This document shows, piece after piece, positions 9,345-18,965 of a stretch of 64,000 bases of DNA. The stretch is from an uncultured bacterium (lineage in GTDB: Bacteria; Zixibacteria; MSB-5A5; UBA10806), in contig CBEUCH010000009.1 in assembly GCA_965541585.1 (NCBI GenBank), forward strand, positions 76,962-140,961. Direction: 5' to 3'. How positions within the stretch are numbered: position 1 is the stretch's first letter; every line of letters starts with the position of its first letter. The translations under genes were made by a program, and so were the position numbers. Under the pieces are notes generated by a model. The model was not told the DNA's origin and did not search any database. It was given only the letters and a program-made list of their open reading frames with translations.

Positions 9345-11396
9345 ATGAAAAAACATCTTTTATGGATGCTAATCCTTTCGCTGCTCTGTATATGGACAGT
9401 TGCCGGGGCAGATACGCCTGGTAACCAGGCGCCTCCTGATGAGATCGAGAAGGAAAAACTCTATGAGCAGCAAAAGCTTGCGTTAGAGACAGAACCGGCA
9501 GAAGAGGAAGCCAGGCGGGTGGCCGAAAAGATAAGGCTGACCGAGGAAATGAATCTGACGCCCGAGCAGGCGGAAGCCCTTAAAGAAAGCCGATTTCTCG
9601 AGGCCAATCCCGGCTACAAGGATGAACTCGATGATCCGCCCACCATTCTGGTTCAGGGGGACGTTTGCTCAGATCCTTTCATAATTCCCGAGAGCTTTCC
9701 GTATTCTCATAGCGACAATACCTGTGATTATACCAATCAGTGCGATATCGCATTCTCGGACAACAGCGATGTCATTTATCAGTTGGATATAACCACTACG
9801 ATCGACTTAACGGTCTCTTTGTGCGGATCCTCGTATGATACCAAATTAGCCATATATACTCCCACCTGCTGTTCCGGCGATCAGGATTATTGGCAATACA
9901 ACGATGATTTCTGCAGCCTGCAGTCGGAAATCACCGCTACATTTACTCCGGCCACCTACTATATCGTGGTCGACGGGTTCGGTACCAATTGCGGGGCCTA
10001 CACTCTGAATATTACCGAATACGTGATACCCACCGGCCGTTGCTGCTATGGCGATCCGTATAATCCGGACTGCGTTGACAACATAATCGAGGCTGACTGC
10101 ACCACTCAGTATTCTGGAGTATGGACCGAGGGGCTGGATTGCGGAACACCATGCCCTGTACCAACCGACTGCAGCAACGCCATCCAGGTTATTCTGCCGC
10201 CGCCACCCTTGACCTGGCCTTACGTTGATGCCAATCAAACAACGTGTGGCAGAGGCCACAGCTACGATGATGCCACCTGCCTCGAGCCTTACTACGATAA
10301 TGGTGAGGACATAATCTATGAGATAACGGTCACGGAAGAAGTAACCGTTGGCATTTATCTTACCTCCAATACGACCTGGACAGGTATGGCAATTGGCACC
10401 TCCTGTCCTCCGGGACCCGGCTGTCTGGCCCTGTCAAAGAGCTCCGGTAGTGATGAAACGATTGAAGGTCTTACACTTGCCACCGGCACATACTACCTCA
10501 TGATAGATACCTGGTCATCGCCGGACTGTATTGATAACTACACTCTAACTATCGATGAATACGTATTACCCACCGGTCGTTGTTGCTATGGCGATCCGTA
10601 TAATCCGGACTGCGTCGACAACGTAACCGAGGATGATTGCCTCGCTGGGTATTCCGGAACCTGGACTGAGGGACTGGATTGTGGTACTCCTTGCCCGATT
10701 CCGCCGGCCAACGACGATTGCGAGAACGCCGAACTGGTTGCGGTGCCCTCCTCCACGCAGGGTAATACCGACCTTGCAAATGGAGAGACACTCCCGTTCT
10801 GCGGCACCAGCGATGGCGCGCCAGGGGTCTGGTATAGAGTTATCGGCACCGGAAACACCATGACCGCCACGACATGCAATCCCTATACCGACTTTGATAC
10901 TAAGCTCAGAGTGTTCTGCCATACTTGCGAAGATCCTTACTGCGTTGGCGGTAATGACGATACGTCTGGTGCCCCGCCCGAGTGCGATCTTAACGGTTTG
11001 AACCGCAAGTCTACAGTGGTCTGGTGCTCCGAAGTCGGCACCGAGTACCTGATTCAGGTTTTTGGATTCTCATCCTATACAGGCAATTTCCAACTGGATG
11101 TCTTCGACGATGGAACACCATGCCAGGATCCGCCCTTATGTGCTCCCCCGACCGGCGCCTGCTGTGTAGATATGGTCTGCGTTGAGACCAACACCTTTGA
11201 GGAATGTTCTGTCCTTGGTGGTTTCTGGTACGAAGGGGAAGACTGCACAACTTTCGAATGCCCGGAGCCTCCGAACATCCCCACGCTTTCCGAATGGGGT
11301 ATGATTATCTTTACACTGCTCTTGCTGACAGCCGGCACCATCGCTGTCATTCGGAGACGTAATACCGTTTCTGCAAAAGAGGCTGCCCGAAGCTGA
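9345..11396 (+). CDS. Cys-rich secreted surface protein with IPTL-CTERM sorting signal
   Basis: Signal peptide, repeated beta-sandwich modules (DTKL..., YYIVVDG) and TGxCC modules. C-terminus is IPTLSEWG, a TM helix and RRR. Confidence 0.88.
   Translation: MKKHLLWMLILSLLCIWTVAGADTPGNQAPPDEIEKEKLYEQQKLALETEPAEEEARRVAEKIRLTEEMNLTPEQAEALKESRFLEANPGYKDELDDPPTILVQGDVCSDPFIIPESFPYSHSDNTCDYTNQCDIAFSDNSDVIYQLDITTTIDLTVSLCGSSYDTKLAIYTPTCCSGDQDYWQYNDDFCSLQSEITATFTPATYYIVVDGFGTNCGAYTLNITEYVIPTGRCCYGDPYNPDCVDNIIEADCTTQYSGVWTEGLDCGTPCPVPTDCSNAIQVILPPPPLTWPYVDANQTTCGRGHSYDDATCLEPYYDNGEDIIYEITVTEEVTVGIYLTSNTTWTGMAIGTSCPPGPGCLALSKSSGSDETIEGLTLATGTYYLMIDTWSSPDCIDNYTLTIDEYVLPTGRCCYGDPYNPDCVDNVTEDDCLAGYSGTWTEGLDCGTPCPIPPANDDCENAELVAVPSSTQGNTDLANGETLPFCGTSDGAPGVWYRVIGTGNTMTATTCNPYTDFDTKLRVFCHTCEDPYCVGGNDDTSGAPPECDLNGLNRKSTVVWCSEVGTEYLIQVFGFSSYTGNFQLDVFDDGTPCQDPPLCAPPTGACCVDMVCVETNTFEECSVLGGFWYEGEDCTTFECPEPPNIPTLSEWGMIIFTLLLLTAGTIAVIRRRNTVSAKEAARS
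10017..10696 (+). repeat. Intragenic direct repeat (~140 bp, copies at 10017 and 10557)
   Basis: EYVxPTGRCCYGDPYNPDCVDN...WTEGLDCGTPCP occurs twice, 540 nt apart, with high DNA identity. Confidence 0.9.
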
Positions 11397-11421
11397 TCTC
11401 GCTTTTGACAATCTCGCTTTC

Positions 11422-11448
11422 AAAAAGCGGCCGCAAGGCCGCTTTTTT
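11422..11448 (+). terminator. Intrinsic (bidirectional-type) terminator
   Basis: AAAAAGCGGCC-GCAA-GGCCGCTTTTTT. Confidence 0.9.
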
Positions 11449-11499
11449 ATTGACTATATCGCATATTCGTAATAGAGTTAGCTGCTGATTGGAGGGATA

Positions 11500-11937
11500 G
11501 TGAAAGCAGTCCTGCAGCGGGTCGCCGAGGCCTCCGTGGAGGTCTCAGGGGAGATGATTGCTTCTACAGGTCGCGGGCTCTTGCTTTTGATTGGAGCCGA
11601 TCAGGGGGATTCCGAGAAGAATGCCGATTCTCTGGCCGACCGTTGCCTGGGATTGCGGATCTTCGAGGACGATGAGGGTAAGATGAACCGCTCCCTGGTC
11701 GATACCGGCGGTGATCTATTGGCCGTAAGCCAGTTTACGCTATCGGCGGATCTCTCTAAAGGCAGAAGGCCGAGTTTCACCTCCGCCATGAAGCCGCCCG
11801 AAGCGGAAAAGCTCTTCGACTATTTCGTGAAAAGGCTGATGGAAAGTGGATTGAATGTAAAAACGGGACGATTCGGGGCCAGGATGAAGGTACGGCTTAT
11901 AAATGACGGACCGGTTACGTTCGTCCTGGAAGGATGA
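11500..11937 (+). CDS. dtd: D-aminoacyl-tRNA deacylase
   Basis: QRV, SQFTL, GRRPSF and NDGPVT motifs. Confidence 0.97.
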   Translation: MKAVLQRVAEASVEVSGEMIASTGRGLLLLIGADQGDSEKNADSLADRCLGLRIFEDDEGKMNRSLVDTGGDLLAVSQFTLSADLSKGRRPSFTSAMKPPEAEKLFDYFVKRLMESGLNVKTGRFGARMKVRLINDGPVTFVLEG

Positions 11938-11952
11938 CCGAACTTTAGGGAG

Positions 11953-12546
11953 ATGAATACAATTACGGCCATGAAAATAGTCTTGGCGTCGGGTTCACCG
12001 CGAAGGGAAAAACTTCTTTCTGAAATGGGTTACGAATTCGAGATTGTGGCTCCGGTCGTTTCCGAGAAGAATATCCCCGGGGAGGCGCCTGAGGATCACG
12101 TTCAGAGGCTATCGCGGCTGAAGGGTGGATCTGTTGCCCGGCAATTCCCGGACAGCCTCGTGGTGGGAGCGGATACCGTGGTCGTTTTAGAAAGCAGCAT
12201 TCTCGGTAAACCGGAATCGAAGTCGGAGGCGAGATCGATGCTTGAGCTGCTTTCAGGTAAGACCCATACCGTCTATACAGGCTTATCCATGATGGTTTTG
12301 ACGAAAGATATAACCACGTCGGATTACGATTCGACGAGAGTGACATTCAACAAACTCGATCCGGAGCAGATTAAACGCTATGTGGACTCAGGGGAGCCGC
12401 TGGATAAGGCGGGGGCTTATGGCATCCAGGGGATGGGCTCGTTTTTGGTCGATAGTTACGAAGGTGAACTCGATACCGTGATCGGTTTTCCATCGAAGCT
12501 TTTTGAGAGGATGTATAAAGAGGTTCTGACTTGTCCAGAGCTCTAG
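11953..12546 (+). CDS. maf: Maf family nucleoside triphosphate pyrophosphatase
   Basis: LASGSPRR, GADTVV, LGKP and DKAGAYGIQ motifs. Confidence 0.95.
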   Translation: MNTITAMKIVLASGSPRREKLLSEMGYEFEIVAPVVSEKNIPGEAPEDHVQRLSRLKGGSVARQFPDSLVVGADTVVVLESSILGKPESKSEARSMLELLSGKTHTVYTGLSMMVLTKDITTSDYDSTRVTFNKLDPEQIKRYVDSGEPLDKAGAYGIQGMGSFLVDSYEGELDTVIGFPSKLFERMYKEVLTCPEL

Positions 12547-13283
12547 GCGACAAACTTCGTGAAGGCAGAGAGGCCAAAGGGTTGAATATTGAGCAACTTG
12601 CGGCCCTCACGAGATTAAATCAGCAATTTATTGTAGCTTTAGAGAGCGGGCGTCGCGACCTGCTGCCGGGGCAGGTCTATTTGAAGCCGTTTACCAAAAT
12701 CTGTGCCGAGGCTCTGGATCTTGACCTGAAAGAACTTTATGGATTAATCGATGACGAGAATGGAGAAAAGGTAAACGATGAAATCCCGGCGGCGACTATC
12801 TCCGAATCCAAGCGAGGTTTGGATTATAGACTTCCGCTTGTCATTGTAATCGGCCTTATGATCATCGCGTTGATCTATCTAACTGTCAGCTTCCGGCAGG
12901 GCCGATTCCCCGATTCGGGGGATACAGATATTGTTCCGGCAGAAAGCCATCAACCGAGACGAGATGTCGAATGGAGCAGGCCCTGGGAGCGTCCGGCAGC
13001 CTGGGAAAGCCCCGGCCTTAATCAAAGATTGCGAATCGAGGCATCCGACTTAGTGTGGATCAGTGTTGTTGCCGACGGCGATACGGCATATGTGGGATTT
13101 CTAAATCCCGCCACGGCCAAAACCTTTACCGCCAGAGAGGGATTTACCCTGAGTCTCGGGAGAAACGACTGCGTCATTGGATACTTCAATGGTGAAAAAG
13201 TAGCCAGAATCGGCTCCAGTATCAGAGGTCTATTTAACTACCGTCTGGGAGTCACAGGGGAAAGGCAAGATCTTGAGCGTTAA
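12531..13283 (+). CDS. RodZ-like HTH membrane protein (HTH + TM + DUF4115-like domain)
   Basis: LGDKLREGREAKGL..ALESG..LP..VY HTH, a central TM helix, and C-terminal W-I-S-V-x-ADG. Confidence 0.78.
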   Translation: MSRALGDKLREGREAKGLNIEQLAALTRLNQQFIVALESGRRDLLPGQVYLKPFTKICAEALDLDLKELYGLIDDENGEKVNDEIPAATISESKRGLDYRLPLVIVIGLMIIALIYLTVSFRQGRFPDSGDTDIVPAESHQPRRDVEWSRPWERPAAWESPGLNQRLRIEASDLVWISVVADGDTAYVGFLNPATAKTFTAREGFTLSLGRNDCVIGYFNGEKVARIGSSIRGLFNYRLGVTGERQDLER

Positions 13284-13824
13284 GATCCGCGGTATCGTAC
13301 AGAGATTCGCCGGCCTGAAAGACGCTTTTACACACAGGCCGGATCCGGTTAATTTTAGCGATCTTTCAGGCAATTTCAGGGCTTGCCTTGTCTGTATGCC
13401 TGCCAGACTGGAGCTTATCAGGGCGGCCTCAGATATTCTTCCTGAGATTGCAGAGATCTTTCCAAATAGAGACATCAGGATTCTGCTGACATCGAATGTA
13501 GATCCCCAATCGCATGATATTATTAAGAAATTCATAGTCATAAAACCGCTATCGTATGATCTCGATGCTTTTTCGTTGCCGAAAAGGGAATTCATACAAC
13601 GTGTTTCGGCGGGCGGTTTGGCGGTTTCGGTGGATCTGGATATATATCCCAATTTTTTCAACGCTGTGGTTTCGCTCCGGTCCGGGGCGATAGTCAGGAC
13701 TGCATTTGACAAAGGAGTTGGACTCCCCTATTATAATTTAATTGTCGGCATTCCTGCGGCGGAGGCGGCTCCGAAGGTCTCGTGCCGCGCCATGGCTGAC
13801 ATTCTCGGCAATTTTAGATTGTAA
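13273..13824 (+). CDS. Hypothetical protein (weak resemblance to N-terminal lobe of GT9 heptosyltransferases)
   Basis: Overlaps or abuts neighbouring genes in the operon. Contains FP-x-x-x-I-x-I-L and VDL...SGA-x-VR patterns. Confidence 0.5.
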   Translation: MSVKIRGIVQRFAGLKDAFTHRPDPVNFSDLSGNFRACLVCMPARLELIRAASDILPEIAEIFPNRDIRILLTSNVDPQSHDIIKKFIVIKPLSYDLDAFSLPKREFIQRVSAGGLAVSVDLDIYPNFFNAVVSLRSGAIVRTAFDKGVGLPYYNLIVGIPAAEAAPKVSCRAMADILGNFRL

Positions 13825-13835
13825 AGGAGACGATC

Positions 13836-16800
13836 GTGTTACTTTCGCGCCTTGAAATTTCCGGATTCAAGTCCTTTCCGAACAGGACTATCATAGACTT
13901 CGACGGCGGTATAACAGGCGTAGTTGGGCCGAACGGATGCGGCAAATCCAACATTCTCGATTCCATAAGATGGGTGCTCGGGGAACAGCGCACGAGTATT
14001 TTGAGAAGTTCGCGAATGGAAGAGGTGATATTCAGCGGTACGTCTCAGTTGAAGCCCATAGGAATGGCCGAGGTTACTCTTTTCATAAAGAACAATCGCG
14101 GTCTTCTGCCGATCGAATATGACGACCTCAACATTACCAGAAGACTTTACCGCTCGGGGGAATCCGAATACCTGCTCAACAAAAATCAATGCCGCTTGAA
14201 AGATATTGTGGAGCTATTTCTCGATACCGGAATAGGACCGCACGCCTACAGCGTTATACAGCAAGGGATGGTCGATGCTATTCTATCCGACAGGACGGAG
14301 GATCGCAGATCATTATTTGAGGAAGCCGCCGGTGTCACCAGATACAAACATCGCAAGAAGGAAGCGGAAAACAAACTTGTGGCCACCGAGGCCGACCTTC
14401 TGCGGCTCGGAGATATTATCGCCGAAATAGAGAAACAGGTTATTCTGCTGCGGCGCCAGGCCAAGAGGGCGCAGAGGTATTCCGGACAGAAGGAGCTCTT
14501 AAAAGATATCGAATGCACCCTGGCAGCCGCCCGGCTTTTCAGTTCGCAGGAGCGGTACAAAGAGTTGCTTGATAGAAAAAAGAGTCTGCAGATCGATCTC
14601 GAAGTTTACAATGCAGAAATAAAAAAATATGAATTCAATCTTCAGGAAATTAAGCTCAAGGTAACCGATCATGAGACTCAGGCCTCCGAATACAGGCAGA
14701 CTGAATCGGATGCGACAATCAAATCCGCTCGTATTGAGAGCGAGATCACACTTAACAAACAGCGTGCGGAAACATCATCGAATGAAATCCAGAAATGCAA
14801 GGCCGAGATCAACGCCCTGGAAAACCGTATACAAGCGCTGGAGAATGGGATATCGGAAAACCGGCGTCGGCTGAACGATATCGATACTCAAAAGAAATCT
14901 TCAGAAGAGGATAATGAGACGATAGAGGCTAAGCTGGAGGGACTTTCGAAGGAGTCGACGGAAGCGGAGTCTGCCCTCGAGAAACAGAGAACCGACCACT
15001 CCGGAATTACAGAGAGGATATCGGGTATCAAGGCCGAGGCCGAATCTCTGATAGAAGTGAAAGATGGTCTCGAACAAAAGATTGTACAGCTCCAGAAGGA
15101 TGTCAGCGGGTACGATAAATTTCGTGATGAAAACCGCCGCGATATTGTAGATCTCGAGGAGAAAAACCGGGGAATTATCAGGAAGGTCGATAGCACGAAA
15201 GCATCCCGAGATTCGAAATCAAAGGAGATTGCCGATATCGAGGAATCACTGACCCGCTTGAAAGATAGACTCTCCGCGCAAAAATCTGAATCTTCGGCAT
15301 TGCAAGCAAGAGATGAACTTCTGGGGCAACTTATAGAATCGGGTGAGGGTTATTCCGGTGGAGCGAAAGCTCTTCTCTCGTGGTCCGAAAAGCCCGCCGG
15401 CATGTTCTTGCCTCTGGCTGAAGCTCTCGAGGTGCCGCCGGATTATCGGGTGCCGTTAACTGCGGCCCTGGGTCAGATGGGCGAGGTTATCCCGGTAGGA
15501 AGCTACTTGGACGCGGAATCTGCTATTGAGTATTTGAATTCCAGCGCGGGAGGCCGGGCTACTTTTCTCGTCCTGGAGGGATTGAATGAATCAAAGTCCG
15601 GTGATGATAGACCCGATGGTGCTGACGGATTCCTGGGGTATCTCGACGATCTTGTTGATTATCCTGAAGAGTATCGCCCGGCTGTGAAGCTGCTTTTGAA
15701 CCGTGTTGCCCTTTTCGAGTCAAGAGGTTCGGCATCCAACGCAGGTGGCCCCTGGCAATATCTAACCAGAGTCACCCTCGACGGTACCGTTTACCTGCCC
15801 TCGGGTTTTGTCTCGGGTGGCAAGACGATTCCAACCGTTCTCGGCAGGAAGCAAGATTCAGACTCCATCAAGGCAAAACTCAAGATAATCTCCACCGAAA
15901 TCGATTCGACCGAAGCCGAACTGAACCACAATCTCGGGGTTCTGGAAAAACTGAAAGCGGAATTCCAGAATATCCAGAGGGACATCGATAGTCTGGAAGA
16001 TGATCGCGGCAAAGTCGAGACTGAATTTGGCCAGTTCAAATTCGATTTCAGGGAAAAGGAGAATCGATACAAAGCGGCCATTGATGAGGTGGAGAAGTTA
16101 AATAAGGAGATCATCTATTACAGTGAGAAACTGGATAAACTCGATACCGAGCTGGGAGAATATGAATCAAGATCTGCAGAAAGCGTTGAAACCCTGGCCC
16201 GGATGACCGATCATGCCGGGAACCTAAGAAATTCGGTTAAGGAAATTGAGGTCCGCCTGACAACGGCCAGGATTAAAAATGTAGAGCTTGATGGTAAGAC
16301 GGCAAAATTGAATTCCGAAATCAAGCACGGCCTCGAATTAAGCTCGGAAGCCACGAAAATGATTGCGACCAATCGCGATAATATAGCCGGAGCAGAACAG
16401 GCTATATCGGAATCCCGGACGAAAAATGAAAAATTAAAACAATCGCTCGAGAGCTGTTTCGATGATCGAAACAGGCTAAAAGAAAAAATCAATGTGGTAG
16501 ATGGCTCTATTTCGGAGCTGATGTCCGATTTGAAACAACTCGAGAGTAAACTTGCCGGCAAGCGCCCGGAGAGGGAACAACAAACCTCCGCGCTGCATCA
16601 GTTCGATATGGAAATCATGGAATTTGATTCCACGCGAAAATCGGCAATGGAGCGCCTCAAGCTGGAGTTCGGCGTAACCTCAATAGAATCGGCGCCGCTG
16701 CCAGATGGCATCACTGTCGAATCGCAGATGGAGAAAAGCGAATCGATTCGCAACTCTCTCCAAAGGATGGAACCTGTCAATCTCATGGCCGCCGAGGATT

Positions 16801-17384
16801 ACGAACGAGAAAACGATCGGCTGGAATTCCTCCTCCGTCAACGCGAGGATCTGCTTGAAGCAAAAACATCTTTGAAGCAGGCCATTACGCGCATCAATAC
16901 GACGGCGGAGAAACGTTTCAACGGAACCTTCGAGAAAATCAACGAGAATTTTCGGGATGTATTCGTTTCGCTCTTCGAGGGGGGAGAGGCCGGAGTAGAG
17001 TTGGAGGATCCTCTGGACCCGCTCGAAAGCCCGATAAAAATATGGGCACGTCCACGCGGCAAAAAAATGCTTTCGGTAACCCAGCTTTCCGGAGGAGAGA
17101 GAGCTCTAACCGCTATATCATTGTTATTTGCAATCTATCTGGTAAAGCCCAGCCCGTTCTGCATTCTCGATGAAGTCGATGCGCCCCTCGATGATGCCAA
17201 CCTGATGCGTTTTCTGAAGCTGATCAAGGAGTACGCCGAGGGCACTCAATTTATCATAATCACCCATAATAAGTTGACCATGGAGGCCTCTGATATCCTC
17301 TACGGAGTTACCATGCAATCCCCCGGAGTTTCAAAAGTAGTGGCTGTCAAATTCAGGGGCAACGGAGATGGTGACGAAGGATAA
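13836..17384 (+). CDS. smc: Chromosome segregation protein SMC
   Basis: GFKSF, Walker A GPNGCGKSN, coiled coils, hinge, LSGGE signature and LDEVDAPLD. Confidence 0.98.
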   Translation: MLLSRLEISGFKSFPNRTIIDFDGGITGVVGPNGCGKSNILDSIRWVLGEQRTSILRSSRMEEVIFSGTSQLKPIGMAEVTLFIKNNRGLLPIEYDDLNITRRLYRSGESEYLLNKNQCRLKDIVELFLDTGIGPHAYSVIQQGMVDAILSDRTEDRRSLFEEAAGVTRYKHRKKEAENKLVATEADLLRLGDIIAEIEKQVILLRRQAKRAQRYSGQKELLKDIECTLAAARLFSSQERYKELLDRKKSLQIDLEVYNAEIKKYEFNLQEIKLKVTDHETQASEYRQTESDATIKSARIESEITLNKQRAETSSNEIQKCKAEINALENRIQALENGISENRRRLNDIDTQKKSSEEDNETIEAKLEGLSKESTEAESALEKQRTDHSGITERISGIKAEAESLIEVKDGLEQKIVQLQKDVSGYDKFRDENRRDIVDLEEKNRGIIRKVDSTKASRDSKSKEIADIEESLTRLKDRLSAQKSESSALQARDELLGQLIESGEGYSGGAKALLSWSEKPAGMFLPLAEALEVPPDYRVPLTAALGQMGEVIPVGSYLDAESAIEYLNSSAGGRATFLVLEGLNESKSGDDRPDGADGFLGYLDDLVDYPEEYRPAVKLLLNRVALFESRGSASNAGGPWQYLTRVTLDGTVYLPSGFVSGGKTIPTVLGRKQDSDSIKAKLKIISTEIDSTEAELNHNLGVLEKLKAEFQNIQRDIDSLEDDRGKVETEFGQFKFDFREKENRYKAAIDEVEKLNKEIIYYSEKLDKLDTELGEYESRSAESVETLARMTDHAGNLRNSVKEIEVRLTTARIKNVELDGKTAKLNSEIKHGLELSSEATKMIATNRDNIAGAEQAISESRTKNEKLKQSLESCFDDRNRLKEKINVVDGSISELMSDLKQLESKLAGKRPEREQQTSALHQFDMEIMEFDSTRKSAMERLKLEFGVTSIESAPLPDGITVESQMEKSESIRNSLQRMEPVNLMAAEDYERENDRLEFLLRQREDLLEAKTSLKQAITRINTTAEKRFNGTFEKINENFRDVFVSLFEGGEAGVELEDPLDPLESPIKIWARPRGKKMLSVTQLSGGERALTAISLLFAIYLVKPSPFCILDEVDAPLDDANLMRFLKLIKEYAEGTQFIIITHNKLTMEASDILYGVTMQSPGVSKVVAVKFRGNGDGDEG

Positions 17385-18294
17385 GAGGGTGCTTAAGAGA
17401 TTCGCTGCCGGCCTGAAAAAAACCAGAAATGCCATCGCCAATAATTTTCCGGGTTTTGTAGGTCTGCCGGGAGAGAATGAAACTCTCGATAGAGAGACTC
17501 TGGGGGAATTAGAAGAGGCCTTGATCCTGGCCGATATCGGCGCCATAGCGGCGGCCGAGATTATTGATGACCTGGTAAAGAACTATACCGGCAAGGCGCC
17601 TCAAAATGTGCTGGCGAGAATAATCGCTGATCGGTTCAACACAAATGCTGACGAAGAATTATCTTTGACCGCGAAGCCGCAGGTCATTCTGGTTGTCGGG
17701 GTCAACGGTTCCGGAAAGACCACCACTATTGCGAAGATTGCGGACACGGCTATAAAATCCGGCGGCAGGGTAATCATGGCGGCGGCCGATACGTTCAGAG
17801 CGGCGGCAGGTGAACAACTCGAACACTGGGCCGAAACGGTGGGCGCGGAGATTGTCCGGCAGGCCGAACGGTCAGATCCTGCCGCTGTGGCCTTCGATGC
17901 CGTCAAAGCGGGGATCGCTCGCAACTACGATCTTGTCCTGGTCGATACCGCCGGAAGACTCCAGACCAAGACCAATCTCATGGAAGAACTCAAAAAAATA
18001 AAAAGGGTGATCAATAAGGCCATGGAGGGAGCGCCGCACCAGATCCTGATGGTTATGGATGCCACCACAGGCCAGAATGGCCTTTCGCAGATAAGCATTT
18101 TTGATGAAGCGATTGGATTGACTGGAATCGCAATTGCCAAGCTCGACGGCACGGCAAAGGGAGGAGTGCTGGTTGCCGCTGTCGAGAAATTCAAAGTACC
18201 CATAAAGTATGTCGGGGTCGGAGAGAAACCGGAGGATTTGATCGAATTCGATCCGGTGGCTTTCGCCGAGGCCCTGGTAGGTATCGATGAATAG
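17368..18294 (+). CDS. ftsY: Signal recognition particle receptor FtsY
   Basis: GVNGSGKTTT, DTFRAAA, DTAGR and KLDGTAKGG motifs. Follows smc. Confidence 0.97.
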   Translation: MVTKDKRVLKRFAAGLKKTRNAIANNFPGFVGLPGENETLDRETLGELEEALILADIGAIAAAEIIDDLVKNYTGKAPQNVLARIIADRFNTNADEELSLTAKPQVILVVGVNGSGKTTTIAKIADTAIKSGGRVIMAAADTFRAAAGEQLEHWAETVGAEIVRQAERSDPAAVAFDAVKAGIARNYDLVLVDTAGRLQTKTNLMEELKKIKRVINKAMEGAPHQILMVMDATTGQNGLSQISIFDEAIGLTGIAIAKLDGTAKGGVLVAAVEKFKVPIKYVGVGEKPEDLIEFDPVAFAEALVGIDE

Positions 18295-18694
18295 GTTACA
18301 CCACATGGATATCCGCACGGATAGACGAAATCAATTTCTCGATATAAGCGACATGGTTCGGGATCTGGTAAGTCAATCAGGCGTGGCGGAAGGCTCGGCA
18401 GTGATTTTTGTTCCTCATACGACTGCCGCCGTGACCGTAAACGAAAACGCCGATCCTGCAGTCCAATCCGATATATTGGACCACCTCGAGAAATTAATCC
18501 CCGGAAGCGAACAATTCCGCCATTCCGAGGGAAACTCCGATTCGCATATCAAGGCCAGTCTTATTGGCTCAAGGGTGTCCATTTTCATCTCAGGGGGGAA
18601 AATTGTTCTGGGAACCTGGCAGGGGATATATTTCTGCGAATTCGATGGCCCCCGCTCAAGAAAACTGATTGTTAAGATAATTCCCGATAAATAG
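18287..18694 (+). CDS. yjbQ: YjbQ/UPF0047 family protein
   Basis: PHTTA, NENADP, H-x-EGNSDSHIK and LGTWQGIYFCEFDGPR motifs. Confidence 0.93.
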   Translation: MNRLHHMDIRTDRRNQFLDISDMVRDLVSQSGVAEGSAVIFVPHTTAAVTVNENADPAVQSDILDHLEKLIPGSEQFRHSEGNSDSHIKASLIGSRVSIFISGGKIVLGTWQGIYFCEFDGPRSRKLIVKIIPDK

Positions 18695-18699
18695 AAATT
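18644..18699 (+). repeat. Left copy of 56-bp direct repeat (3' end of yjbQ)
   Basis: 50/56 identical to 21672-21727 by manual alignment. Confidence 0.9.
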
Positions 18700-18965
18700 A
18701 GCGGAAATGGAATGGATAACACACGATCTTTCACCCCCATATCCAAAGGGACGATGATTTCCCTTTTTAGGATTTTCGAGAAGATTGAGATAGATATGAG
18801 GGTATGTGGACAGGTAGGTCTTTGTAGTTTAGAGATAAAGCTACCAGCGTATATAAGTCAAGTTGGTTGATTTTTTTGTTGCATTATGGACTAAACAGGG
18901 CTATGTTTTATACGATGAATTGACACAGTTTATTGTGCCATTGTTACCGGAAAGATTATCGTTAA

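Noticed and set aside
10017..10696. DGR template/variable repeat pair
   Set aside because: Both copies are inside one ORF, the differences are largely C/T and not adenine-specific, and no reverse transcriptase is present.
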